From a virus: a stretch of 64,000 nucleotides of DNA. This document shows, piece after piece, positions 8,213 to 18,502 of this stretch. The translations under genes and the position numbers were made by a program. Numbering within the stretch: the stretch's first letter is position 1; every line of letters starts with the position of its first letter. Under the pieces are notes generated by a model that was not told the origin of the DNA, searched no databases, and worked only from the letters and a program-made list of their open reading frames with translations. The stretch is from positions 1 to 64,000 of IMG/VR virus record IMGVR_UViG_3300017650_000001. One strand, written 5' to 3'.

Positions 8213-10720
8213 TCACTTCTTCTTAGCTTGAGGTTTCGCTTTTGCTTTCGGCTGAGCAGCCTTGCTTTTTTGTGCAGAAGCACGCGATTGACGCTGCAAT
8301 CTCATCTTTTCAAGCTTGAGTTCATGCTCGCGTTGACGTTCCTCTGACTGCGCCTCATGTTCTTTATTCAACAAGTCCGCTTGTGTTTTCTGCTGTGCAA
8401 CACCTTGAGCTTGTATACTATTAGCGATACTGTTCACTTTTGCAAGTGCAACACCTTGAGCACGCTCTTGTGACTGTTGTTTCGATGCTGCGTCACGATC
8501 CAGATGACGATGCAGATTCTCTTGATTGGATTGATCCAAAGCCAATCCGTGCTGATCGTTGTGAACAACCATAGCACGCGCGACACCCAAAGCTGCGATG
8601 TTCTTGCGGGCGTCGAGCTCTTCGCTCTTCATCTGCATTTCTTGAAGATCTTTTTGAGCCTTGAGTCCGGTCTCGCGAGCCTTGTTTTGGCTGTCCGCCA
8701 TACGAGCTTGCGCCGACATTACGTTGGCTTGCGCTGAAATCGCTTGTGGATTCGGAGGTGCTGCTCCAGCAGGCACAGGCGGCTTAAACAAACTATCAGG
8801 ATCGTCAATGCCCATAACTGACAGAGCGCGTTTATCAACCTCATTGAGGTCCATCCCCATAGGGTTGCTCATCGCCATTTGACGCATAGCAACAACTTTG
8901 AGATAACGCTCGGTCTGGCTACTTGTATTTGGGTCAGCACGCGGCGTAAGGTCGGTATCGCTCAATGCAGCAAGGAATAGCTCAATGTGACGACGCTCAC
9001 CCTCAGCCAAAGCAGCCGCAACAGATTCTAAACCAGCTTCTTGAATTAGTATCCCGAGAACTTTACTCTTCTTGTTATGTCGCCATAGAGCAGATGGATC
9101 TTCCATCAACATGCTCTTGAGCATTTCAAACTCTTGACCCTGTGCTTGGTGCAAACGTTTGTGAACAGCTGAAATCAACTTTGTCGCTTGCTCAATCATA
9201 GCAAGCGTGGTGCCAACGGGAGCGTCTTGCTTACCTTCACCAACTTGTAGTTCGGTTGTACCTCCTACGCGCTGAGCAGTCTGAGCGATATTCTCAATCA
9301 GCTGGATAAAGACTGCAGACGGATCTTTGTAAGGTAGCGGCATGATCGAAGCGCGGATATCACCTCCGACCGTATCAACCGGCATACCTCCACCGGGAGG
9401 AACTCTGAACTGGTTGGTAAGTTGTTTCTGAAGCGACTTGACATACAAGAACCCCGGGAAGTTCGAGAACATTCCCGCGTCAATCATCAAGCGCCAAGCT
9501 GCCGTCACAGCCTTAGTTGCGTTACCAAGGATGTTTACAAGACCAATTCCATAGAAGCCCAATCCAGGAATGAAGATATACGCAATGATACGATTGCGTG
9601 CCATACATAGCGGATCGTCTTCTTCCCAATTACGACGAATTTCAAGAATGCGTCGCGCTTCACGATCAATTGTTACCTTATAAGGAAGGGGCAGTCCTGT
9701 CTGATTGCCCTTGTAGGTATGCTCAAAACCAGGAACTTCAATTTCGCAATAGCACTCATAGAGTTCACGATCTTGATCGTCAGGCTCAACGTAACTTGGC
9801 GGCGCGATGCCTTGAACTTGTTGAATCTTAGCATCAACAGGATTGGGTGACATTGGCAATCCTGGAGCTTGTAAATCAATATTTCGATAGGCTCCAACAA
9901 GTTGCATTCGCTTGAAGTCTGAAGGCTTCATTAAAACGCGATGAGTAACACGGACCGCACCGTCAAGAGTTGTCGCAGCATTGCTAACAATCAGATCTTT
10001 TGAGTCAATTGACTCAATAACAGGACGACGCTTTAGCGGGTGGTGATACCCTTTCTTGAAAGAGATGCCCGAGAATCCCAGCATCAACAACATGCGGTCG
10101 GTATCAGGGACGTACTCTTTTGCAACCTTTGTCAAGTAGTAGTTGAGATCTTTCTCAAGAGCATCCGCCAGCTTAGACGACAGCGCATTGGATTCACCAT
10201 CATTGCGAATCTTTACAGGGCCATCTGATGGCAAGAGCTCGCCGCGAGCATTGGCTTGAAATCGCAGTACAGCTTCCAGCAAGAGAGGGTGATCAACCGT
10301 TGATACGCCTTCTGATGGCGTTGCTCCGGCTACTGTTGCGCCACGCGGCTGTTTAACTTCCAAACCAAGAAGGGAAATGCTGTTAGTAACGTTTTCAAGC
10401 CAACCAGCACGCGATTGGATGTCACTGTCGATACCAAGGAGGAGTTTCTCAGCAATCACAGAAAGCTGACTCTCATCTAACAAGTCAGCTAGGTTATCTT
10501 CAAACTTGGAATCTTTTTTCTTGGGCTGCGGAGGACCCATCGAAATAACAACGTCACCATCAGGCAACGCTATTTGTGTTGTATTCGTAGATACGTCGAA
10601 CTGAACAGCTTCAGGAGTATCCGTCGAAACAACAATATCGCCACCCACAGGAGAAGCGGGTGGCGCATCCTTGAAATAATTCTGACCTAAATCGAGAACG
10701 GCAGCGTTTGTCTTGGACAC
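8213..10720 (-). CDS. Portal protein with long Gln-rich C-terminal coil
   Basis: HPLLLEAVLRFQANARGELLP, GLGFYGIGL, APVGTTLAMIEQ motifs. Confidence 0.9.
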   Translation of the reverse strand: MSKTNAAVLDLGQNYFKDAPPASPVGGDIVVSTDTPEAVQFDVSTNTTQIALPDGDVVISMGPPQPKKKDSKFEDNLADLLDESQLSVIAEKLLLGIDSDIQSRAGWLENVTNSISLLGLEVKQPRGATVAGATPSEGVSTVDHPLLLEAVLRFQANARGELLPSDGPVKIRNDGESNALSSKLADALEKDLNYYLTKVAKEYVPDTDRMLLMLGFSGISFKKGYHHPLKRRPVIESIDSKDLIVSNAATTLDGAVRVTHRVLMKPSDFKRMQLVGAYRNIDLQAPGLPMSPNPVDAKIQQVQGIAPPSYVEPDDQDRELYECYCEIEVPGFEHTYKGNQTGLPLPYKVTIDREARRILEIRRNWEEDDPLCMARNRIIAYIFIPGLGFYGIGLVNILGNATKAVTAAWRLMIDAGMFSNFPGFLYVKSLQKQLTNQFRVPPGGGMPVDTVGGDIRASIMPLPYKDPSAVFIQLIENIAQTAQRVGGTTELQVGEGKQDAPVGTTLAMIEQATKLISAVHKRLHQAQGQEFEMLKSMLMEDPSALWRHNKKSKVLGILIQEAGLESVAAALAEGERRHIELFLAALSDTDLTPRADPNTSSQTERYLKVVAMRQMAMSNPMGMDLNEVDKRALSVMGIDDPDSLFKPPVPAGAAPPNPQAISAQANVMSAQARMADSQNKARETGLKAQKDLQEMQMKSEELDARKNIAALGVARAMVVHNDQHGLALDQSNQENLHRHLDRDAASKQQSQERAQGVALAKVNSIANSIQAQGVAQQKTQADLLNKEHEAQSEERQREHELKLEKMRLQRQSRASAQKSKAAQPKAKAKPQAKKK

Positions 10721-10942
10721 TTAATCCGATGGCATTTTTGTGTGCTTGTACACCCCTATGATACCCGAATGCAGATAGCCACCAACGGATTTGGCTCCAG
10801 CAAGTTCGTCAAATGTAGAGCGGTCAATGTCTGCATAATGATACAAAGAACCATCAGAAAAAGCAACCGCTAGAGTTCGTTCTTTAGGATCGTATCCAAT
10901 TTCTTTGATACTACTCGATTTAACAGGCTGCATATCAATCAT
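10721..10942 (-). CDS. KTSC domain protein
   Basis: VKSSSIKEIGYD..L.V.F..G..Y.Y..AKSVGGY. Confidence 0.85.
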   Translation of the reverse strand: MIDMQPVKSSSIKEIGYDPKERTLAVAFSDGSLYHYADIDRSTFDELAGAKSVGGYLHSGIIGVYKHTKMPSD

Positions 10943-11375
10943 TCGTCGTCATCCTCTATACTTGGATTGAAAGAAAGTCCCAATGGCTTCTCTCCCGAAA
11001 CCGTTGATCCTGTAAAGACACCAACAACCCCCGGTCGTGTAGCTGCTTCCTTTTCAGCTTGCTCAGCTGTCTCCGCCTTGACATCAATCCAATCCTCAAG
11101 TCGACGCATTACGCGAACACGCCAAGTCTTTTGTTGATGTTTCATTTCTTCTTCTTTCTTCTGATAATCCGACGCATCTGAGCATCAGATATTCCGCGCT
11201 CCTGCGTATAGCTGCGGCAGATCCTCAATTTGTTTTGACAGAAAGTAACTAAAGCTTGGTTGTCATCCATTGCGACAGTCCAAAGCGTATCATGAGGAGT
11301 TCGCTCTACAAAAAGAGCTCTCCCTGTACCTAAAGGCGTGTCGACAGGGACAGGTTCATAAAATTCCAGAAACAT
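10939..11375 (-). other. Two small coupled hypothetical CDS (10939-11145, 11142-11375)
   Basis: Overlapping start/stop codons within the minus-strand operon. Confidence 0.55.
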
Positions 11376-11826
11376 CGAAGAACTCTTTTTCTAGTACCCC
11401 AAACCTGTTCTTATTATTGAACGAAATAGTCGCCCAACGCAGATTAGAACGACGACAGTTAAATCCATCGCCATCTGCATGATCTACAATGATTTGTTTG
11501 TTAGTCTTAGGCTTGGGGATGCCTGTCCTCTCCATCACAACGGTATGGAGATAAACTGTCCGCGTTATACGATTACGGATACGTTTTCCATCAATGTATT
11601 CATCAGCACCTAGAAACTCAGAATCTGATCGTGCTAGATAAATCTTGGGTTTCTTAGTACCTTTGTGAACACGAGATTGTTTGAGCTTCCAGCACCATTG
11701 TATTAGAAACTGGTAATCGACTTCATCGACAACAGCATAATCGTTGGCATTGTTGTCTGCATAAACGCGATATTCATAATCTTCAAACTCCCAAGTATTG
11801 GGGTCAAAGAAGTCTAATGCGGCCAT
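11356..11826 (-). CDS. HNH endonuclease
   Basis: VDHADGDGFNCRRSNLRWAT...N. Confidence 0.8.
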   Translation of the reverse strand: MAALDFFDPNTWEFEDYEYRVYADNNANDYAVVDEVDYQFLIQWCWKLKQSRVHKGTKKPKIYLARSDSEFLGADEYIDGKRIRNRITRTVYLHTVVMERTGIPKPKTNKQIIVDHADGDGFNCRRSNLRWATISFNNKNRFGVLEKEFFDVSGIL

Positions 11827-12281
11827 TGGAAGCCAAGCAATTGTGCCAGCTTGTCTCTCAGATTGTAGTAGTCCGCTGTACTATGTAACGCTTCAATTTG
11901 TCGTTGATAGTTACGCTCTCGTTGAGTCATCAACTTAACAGACATCGACCATGACCGCTTCACAGCAATGTCAGGATCAAGCGCATGGATATACTGCGCG
12001 CGTTGCCTAAATTCCTTTTCAAGACCTTTAGGCAATCCCATCAACTTTACATAGGCTGATGACTTATTCAAAGCTTGCTGGTAGCTCATACTTGAAGTTG
12101 GAGCGCTCATAGGAGCTGAATTCCCCAGCCCTGACATTGAAGGCGCTCCACCAACAAAAGAAGTTGTGTTCAAACCAACTTGTTTGACAACCTCTTCATC
12201 TAAAGCGGCCTTTGCAGCAAGCGGGGCACTTGCTGCTCCAATCCCCAACAGCGCCAGAAACTTTCTACGATCTGTTTTCAT
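11814..12281 (-). CDS. Hypothetical protein with twin-arginine (Tat) signal
   Basis: MKTDRRKFLALLGIGAASAPLAAKA. Confidence 0.6.
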   Translation of the reverse strand: MKTDRRKFLALLGIGAASAPLAAKAALDEEVVKQVGLNTTSFVGGAPSMSGLGNSAPMSAPTSSMSYQQALNKSSAYVKLMGLPKGLEKEFRQRAQYIHALDPDIAVKRSWSMSVKLMTQRERNYQRQIEALHSTADYYNLRDKLAQLLGFQWPH

Positions 12282-12943
12282 TGAGCTTATCTATTCCGCG
12301 TTTGGTAATACGCGCTCTATAGACTGGAAGTGGTCGAAGTTCAGGTGTCGTGCTGCTCGACCAAATAGCACCCTCAACAGATTGACCCTTTTCAAGGTAG
12401 CCTTTGCAGACAAGGTTATCCACAGACTCTTGAAATTCTTTACTGACAGTCCCTTTTCGCATGTCACCAGTTTGAATTTCAAGTCCAAGAGCAGTAGCTC
12501 CCTCAAAATGCTGCAAAACAGCCTCATCAAACTTAGATATGGGATCGTTCCAGTTTATAACAGTATCCGCAGAACCACGCTTTGCTGAGTTCATTGCGGT
12601 AACAAGATTGTTTATAGCTGACGTGTAGTTCAAATGAGGCTTGACAAAAGGATCGTTCTTGTAAGCTGCAAGTTGCCCCTCTATCTGCTTGATAACTCCC
12701 GTCGCGAATACAAGGGTTTCAAGGTCGGCTAAATCAACTGTGACCTTAGTCATTCCAATAATCCTCTTTGGACTCATAAACCTTGACCCCATTAACATAC
12801 TTGAACTTTGGCTTTGGCCAGCCCATCTCACCCCGAACCCACGACTCTGATTGAGCTTTGTACATGGCTTCTTTTTGTTCGGGAGTCATAGCCTCAACAA
12901 GCTTTCTTGACTCGTCAAGCAGTCGTTTGAGTTCAGGAGTCAT
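12265..12943 (-). other. Two hypothetical CDS (12265-12753, 12746-12943)
   Basis: Coupled ORFs; ATG 12753 has a GAGGA SD. Confidence 0.5.
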
Positions 12944-12944
12944 C

Positions 12945-13187
12945 CTACTTCACCAATTTGATGTTTATTGCCTTGCCGCCCTTGCCAGGAACAGGCATGA
13001 GGTCAAACTCAAGCATGTCATCTTCTTTGACATTACTGATGCCAGCTCTTTCAAGATTCTTAGAGCTAAAGAAGATATCTTGGTCGTGTCGGCTTGCTCC
13101 CTTACAGAAGCCATACCCACGATCACGGCTGTAAAACTTCACAGGAGCAGACATACGCTTGTAAACGAACTGATCTTCTTTTTTCAT
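12945..13187 (-). CDS. Cold-shock domain protein
   Basis: VKFYSRDRGYGF (RNP1), DIFF (RNP2), GKAINI. Confidence 0.85.
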   Translation of the reverse strand: MKKEDQFVYKRMSAPVKFYSRDRGYGFCKGASRHDQDIFFSSKNLERAGISNVKEDDMLEFDLMPVPGKGGKAINIKLVK

Positions 13188-13381
13188 GTTTCACTTTTCT
13201 CGACAAGGATATTCAAAATCTTGGTACCGCGATGAATACGCGATCGAACTGTCCCAATTGGGATATTCAATTCCGTAGAAATCTGTTTGTATGTACTGCC
13301 CAGTGAGCGCATCAACATAGGGCTGAAATACTGCCGCAATTCAACCACATGCGCTGTTATGTCACTTGCAAGAAGTGTCAC
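13184..13381 (-). CDS. Stand-alone sigma-70/ECF region 4 HTH protein
   Basis: TYKQISTELNIPIGTVRSRIHRG. Confidence 0.7.
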   Translation of the reverse strand: MTLLASDITAHVVELRQYFSPMLMRSLGSTYKQISTELNIPIGTVRSRIHRGTKILNILVEKSET

Positions 13382-13538
13382 CTTCTACTCCTCATCAATG
13401 ATTGGATACAATCGTCCGTCACCCTCAACACGTGGATCTACAGCACGCTGATTGTACCACGCGTCTGCTTTAGAGCGTTCCTCGTCAGCAATACGACGCC
13501 GATGCCAATAAGCATGTCCGTGCTTATTGTACGACATA

Positions 13539-14252
13539 CTAGTGAGCGGTTTCTTTGTTGCTTTCTTCGACGTCTTCGTCATCGCGATTCCCCAAAGCTA
13601 CCAAAGACAAGCCCAGTTCACGAGCTTCGGATTCGATCTCCTTGCGAAGCTGAGATGCGGTCTTGTTAACATCATCAATCTTCTCGATGTTCTTGTCACG
13701 CTCGTCAGGAATGTTGAACGCTTGACGTTCAAGTTGGACCCACTGACGTGCTGCGGTAGACAAGTCACGCAGAATGGTTGAACGCGATCCTAGCGAGACA
13801 GCTCGACGAACAGCTTCTTGTCGATGCGGTGATATTGTTGAAGTAATCAATTCCTGAAGCTCGCCCGCATAAGCTGTTGATGCATCTAGCTCATCCAACA
13901 TACGCATCACCAGTTTATGGCCGTGACCAATTGACTTCTGGTGTTCGCGCAAGACTTGGATTTGAGTTCGTGCAGCCTGCTCAACAATCGCTTCATCTGT
14001 CAGGCGATCGAGTTCTTCCGCAGCGTTCTGCCCGCCACCATAATTGTCTGCAAGACTTTCAATCAACTTCATCCGAGTCTTTTCTCGGACAGCATCGGTT
14101 AGGTCGCGCTTCCATCCATGCTTCTTAGCATGGTGTCGGATGTTACCCGAAACCGTTCCTGATTCTCGCGCGATTTCCTCAAGCGATAGCAAGCCTTGCT
14201 TATACAGCTTCTCGATGCGCTTCCAGTCGATGTGTTTCTTGATATTTGCCAT
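13539..14252 (-). CDS. Terminase small subunit (probable)
   Basis: IDWKRIEKLYKQG..SLEEIA..G..IRHHAKKHGWKRDL HTH; C-terminal LERQAFNI; start placed at ATG 14252. Confidence 0.7.
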   Translation of the reverse strand: MANIKKHIDWKRIEKLYKQGLLSLEEIARESGTVSGNIRHHAKKHGWKRDLTDAVREKTRMKLIESLADNYGGGQNAAEELDRLTDEAIVEQAARTQIQVLREHQKSIGHGHKLVMRMLDELDASTAYAGELQELITSTISPHRQEAVRRAVSLGSRSTILRDLSTAARQWVQLERQAFNIPDERDKNIEKIDDVNKTASQLRKEIESEARELGLSLVALGNRDDEDVEESNKETAH

Positions 14253-14313
14253 GCTGCGTACCCAAACTATACCTTCATTGAACTTAGTATAGTTTGCGCT
14301 ACCCACGCAAGAT

Positions 14314-14847
14314 TCAGCTGCTTTTGTGGTGGTCGGGCTCAACACGCTTAGGTAGCGTAGCTAATCTTGCTTTGATTTCATCTAAAGAGACTGGTTTGAA
14401 ATCCCAGCAATCGACACCGACATCACAGCAAGCAGAGTCACCCGGCAAGTTGTCATGACTATGTCCATACAAATGGATAGCACCGTGATGAGACTTGTTC
14501 CAAACACGCAAGCCGTAATGACATAGAACAAGAAACTGCTCATCAACATAAGTTTCGTAGTAAGAGGGCAGCAACAAATCCCATCTTGTTTTTGATACAC
14601 GATTCTTATGATCGTGATTTCCTTTAAGAAGGTACTTGAGTTTACCATTCAATCGCGGAAGATACAAGTCATGATCTGCAAATGCAAAATCACCTAGATG
14701 CCAAACAATATCGTCCTCTCCGACCCGCGCGTTCCAATTGGCAATCATAGCTTCATCCATCTCTTCAACAGACGAGAATGGACGATTGCACAATTCAATG
14801 ATACGCTTATGTCCGAAATGCGTATCCGCAGTAAACCAAGTTTTCAT
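14314..14847 (-). CDS. Calcineurin-like metallophosphoesterase
   Basis: DTHFGH, HLGD, GNHD, GHSH. Confidence 0.9.
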   Translation of the reverse strand: MKTWFTADTHFGHKRIIELCNRPFSSVEEMDEAMIANWNARVGEDDIVWHLGDFAFADHDLYLPRLNGKLKYLLKGNHDHKNRVSKTRWDLLLPSYYETYVDEQFLVLCHYGLRVWNKSHHGAIHLYGHSHDNLPGDSACCDVGVDCWDFKPVSLDEIKARLATLPKRVEPDHHKSS

Positions 14848-15117
14848 TTCTTCTTATCCAGTCGCTTCTGCATAGCAAATACAACACGGCACGCTTCCGC
14901 AGCCATAGCGTAGCAACCACGCTGCACTTTCCCACAGTCGGGATCTTCTTCATACCGAGGACAGTGCAAGCATCCATCTTGATCATCTATTGATCGTCGC
15001 GATCTTGTATAGGGGCAAACTTCCCACACCATTTCAGATGAAGGTTCTTTTTGATCCCAAACTTCCCGTCCCGTCACTATCCTATGATAGGTACGTTTCT
15101 TTGGAAATTTGATGACT

Positions 15118-15492
15118 CTAGGCATTAACTAAACCCATACACAACGCTAAAGTCCCTGCTAGAGTCACTTGGTGTATCAACTGGTCAGCACCAACTACCA
15201 CGAAGAAATTGTGGTATTGTTTTTCTGCAAACATCCTTGATGATATTCGGCTAGTGCAGTAATCCGTGAAGAGATGCAGAATGGCATTAACTAGCAAAAA
15301 CATAGCCCAATCAAAAAATGAATGGAACATAAAAAGAGTACCACTAGCAAGGACTAGCGTGTAAGACCCAACATGATATCCAAGCGCATCCATTCGCTTG
15401 CTTTTATAGGTCGCTTGCCAATCTGTCTGAACAACAAAATCAGCGATATAGTGGATAGCGAGCAGCGCTACATAGGTGAAAAGCAAGCTCAT
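15118..15492 (-). CDS. DUF3307-like membrane protein
   Basis: HYIADFVVQTDWQA..K, H..TD, GADQLIH. Confidence 0.75.
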   Translation of the reverse strand: MSLLFTYVALLAIHYIADFVVQTDWQATYKSKRMDALGYHVGSYTLVLASGTLFMFHSFFDWAMFLLVNAILHLFTDYCTSRISSRMFAEKQYHNFFVVVGADQLIHQVTLAGTLALCMGLVNA

Positions 15493-15694
15493 TTGTTAAC
15501 CTTTAGGAGTTTTGCGGCCTCTTCTGGAGGGATTTGATCAATGGATTGAAGTATAGCGTCCGTGATATCTTCCTTAACCGATTCTAAAGAATCCCCTTCT
15601 GAACATTTTTCAAATGCCAGCTCAACAGAGATGAGCACTAGCTCAATAATCTGAGACAGTGGCATAACAATTGTGGAATCGGGAAGATCAACGT

Positions 15695-16555
15695 TCATTC
15701 AACACCTCTGTATTCGTTCTCAGCCGCCTGCGAAACAGCTTTCACGATATCATACGTGTTGCACGCATACAGTCCTGAACTCGAAAAAGCGTTCATTTCA
15801 ATTATCTTTGCACGGTCACCTGACAACAAAGCGATATCGCAGACGTAGACTGTATCTATTTGAAAATCAGCTTGAGCAACCTTATGTGCCAACGCGTCGC
15901 AGATAGGATGAGTATCAATTCTAACATCAAGAACATTATCCCAACGATACTCACTTTTGGCGACAACATGTCCAGCACAAATCACGTACCTGAACTCAGC
16001 AAGAATGTTCTTGGGAGAGGCAATCACACAAAGCGTTTGCGGATCGACCCCATGCTCATAGGGCGTTAGCTTTTTCAAGTCATCATCAAGCGTTTGTGTG
16101 TTGATAACCTGCCCAACAAAATCCTTCAACCCACTTTCGGGCTTTATAAACCACGACGATTCGAAAAAATCATCAGCATTCGATCTCAACCAACGGATGA
16201 ATTCGCCGTAAGGCATGATGACAAAATCTTCATTTAGAAGCATGTCATCATAGTAGTTTGCATAACGGTAGAAGTTCTTCACAGCATCATTGAAATATAG
16301 AGCAGGTGTCCACCAGCGACCGTAATGACGTTCTACATTTTTGCAGAATTGAATTGTACCATGCGTAACAACACAAGCTCCTCGATGGAAAGGAGCGCCC
16401 TCATCTATAAAAGGATGAGTTGTGAACGGCTTGTGCTTAACTCTGTGAACTTTGTGACCAAGCTCTTCCGCAGCATCTGCTAGAGTTGGAAATCCAGTTT
16501 GATAACGAGATTCATTCAGAGATTCATCAATTAACCAATAAGTTTTGTTGATCAT
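15695..16555 (-). CDS. ATP-grasp protein (R2K/DUF4343-like)
   Basis: FIKP..K.F.G, EFRYVI, DIA, IIEMNAFSSSGLY. Confidence 0.75.
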   Translation of the reverse strand: MINKTYWLIDESLNESRYQTGFPTLADAAEELGHKVHRVKHKPFTTHPFIDEGAPFHRGACVVTHGTIQFCKNVERHYGRWWTPALYFNDAVKNFYRYANYYDDMLLNEDFVIMPYGEFIRWLRSNADDFFESSWFIKPESGLKDFVGQVINTQTLDDDLKKLTPYEHGVDPQTLCVIASPKNILAEFRYVICAGHVVAKSEYRWDNVLDVRIDTHPICDALAHKVAQADFQIDTVYVCDIALLSGDRAKIIEMNAFSSSGLYACNTYDIVKAVSQAAENEYRGVE

Positions 16556-16752
16556 TAACTTTGGAACTCCCCACACCAGTCATGTTCTTTTACCGAAGGC
16601 CATCCCCAAAGCAGCTCTTCATCTCGTTTTCGAGATTGTGGAGTAGCATCAGATGAAAAAGCACGTGGCAGTCGCACAGGAGGCGACTTGTGGCATTCCC
16701 GTTGATGTCGGTCAAAGAAGCGGCAGTCTTTACAATAAAAGCGCATACAGCA

Positions 16753-18498
16753 TCATACGCCGTAGTGCTGCGCGACGCTCTCCTGATTGCCGCGATAAGT
16801 TGCAGCATCATCCATAGCAGCGGACATTTCTTCGGCCATAACCAAGACTTCGTTGTCTCGTGCCCAATTCAAGAATTGAGTGACAGAGTCAACCAAGTCG
16901 TCGTGCGCTGCTTTAGGGAAACTTTCACATTGTGCAATCACCAATTCAGCCCACTTGGTATTTGGTGCATAGATTGCATCGTCCGTGAATAGAGGAACGG
17001 TTGTATGGGCGCGTGAAATCTTGTCCTGTACAGGGTTCAAAAGCTGCACGCCCCAATTCTCGCGCGAGTACTGTCTGCGAATTTCATTGGCGACATCATG
17101 CCCGCGAGTCTTGTCTTCAATCAGCAGACGCTTGACTTTATAGCGCTTACAGGTGTCAGCTACCCACTGAATCAATCCCCAGTTGTCTTGCTGTCGCTGC
17201 TTGAATACGACCGGAAGCTCATTAGGCTGGATGAATACTTCCTTGCCGTTTAAAGGAAGTCGTTTCTGCCAAGCGTACATTAACATCGCTCGACGGTTGC
17301 GTGCACGGTCCAAAAAAATGCCCCAAATGGTCAACGCATTGAAGTCGTTCTCTTCTTTCTCTTTTTGGGCTGTATCCAAGGAAGCTACAATCAATTCACA
17401 GTGTGGGAACTCACGCACTCCGCCTGCCCACTCAAGTCCATAAAGGCGTGCTTCGTTCTCATCCCAAAGCTTCCACCAATCGCGCTGAAGGATGTTACCA
17501 CCCTTCTGTTTCGGACTCTGCTGTAGACGACCAGCCGCAGCATAAGGACCAAGTGCTTTCTCTAGTCCTGCGACTTCGAATTCACCGAAGCGGTCGCCCC
17601 ACATCAAGTCTTCAGAATCCTCATCGCGTGGGTCTTCCCACGGTCCTGCATCATCATATTGTGGAAGCTTGACAGTCACACAATGTCGCGTTGGATCGTG
17701 ACGCATCGGAATCATCAAGTGTGTCACGTCGTCACCACTGTCCAACCAGTGTCCCGAGACATCCTCGTCATGGACGCGCTGCTGAACGTTGATGATTGCA
17801 AACTTACCTTCACGCGGATCGTTACGACGAGTGGATCGGAATTCGTCCCAGAAGGACGATGCTTTAGCACGTTCCGCACCCGTTTCAACAAGCTTTTCTG
17901 TTTCCGTGTTATTCAAATCGTCGCCGATTAGAATGTCACCACCAAGACCGAGCAACGAACCACCAACCGAAGTTGATTGCCGCGAACCGCCTTTGTTGTT
18001 GTCCATGTGACTCTTGGCATCCTGGTCACGACGGAAATTGAGTTCTGGATACAAAGCTTTGTACCATTCACTCTTTACAAGTCGACGGAAACTGTTTGAG
18101 CTCAGCATGGTCAGCTTATCAGAATAGCTGGCGCAAAGGAAACGAACTTGCGGACCAGACAATGGAGCAATGTCGTTCGACCGCAGCCATATCCAAGCTG
18201 GGAACATGATAGATACAATTGTGGTCTTGGAACAGCGCGGCGGAATGTTAATTAACAGTCTCGGAATGTGTCCGAGCATGACTGCTTCTAGATGATCACA
18301 AACAGCCTCAATTGCCCAGTTAGCCATAAAGGGCGATGGATCAACATGAGGCCAAGCATGTTCTACAAATTTGAGCAGCGAGTCTTGACAATCTTCTCGA
18401 ACCTCAGCCAGTTTATATCGGTTGATCTTCTGCTTTAGCGCAACCAACCGTTCATGGTCAGGCCCGCCCCATTTCTGGTTCAGGGAAAGGTCAAACAT
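16753..18498 (-). CDS. terL: Terminase large subunit
   Basis: Walker A NIPPRCSKT, Walker B ILIGDD, QQR, nuclease SLDTA and HDDLVDS. Confidence 0.95.
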   Translation of the reverse strand: MFDLSLNQKWGGPDHERLVALKQKINRYKLAEVREDCQDSLLKFVEHAWPHVDPSPFMANWAIEAVCDHLEAVMLGHIPRLLINIPPRCSKTTIVSIMFPAWIWLRSNDIAPLSGPQVRFLCASYSDKLTMLSSNSFRRLVKSEWYKALYPELNFRRDQDAKSHMDNNKGGSRQSTSVGGSLLGLGGDILIGDDLNNTETEKLVETGAERAKASSFWDEFRSTRRNDPREGKFAIINVQQRVHDEDVSGHWLDSGDDVTHLMIPMRHDPTRHCVTVKLPQYDDAGPWEDPRDEDSEDLMWGDRFGEFEVAGLEKALGPYAAAGRLQQSPKQKGGNILQRDWWKLWDENEARLYGLEWAGGVREFPHCELIVASLDTAQKEKEENDFNALTIWGIFLDRARNRRAMLMYAWQKRLPLNGKEVFIQPNELPVVFKQRQQDNWGLIQWVADTCKRYKVKRLLIEDKTRGHDVANEIRRQYSRENWGVQLLNPVQDKISRAHTTVPLFTDDAIYAPNTKWAELVIAQCESFPKAAHDDLVDSVTQFLNWARDNEVLVMAEEMSAAMDDAATYRGNQESVAQHYGV

Positions 18499-18502
18499 AA
18501 TG

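Noticed and set aside
11356-11826. HNH gene as part of an intron or intein
   Set aside because: Free-standing among small genes; the portal, terminase and polymerase ORFs appear uninterrupted
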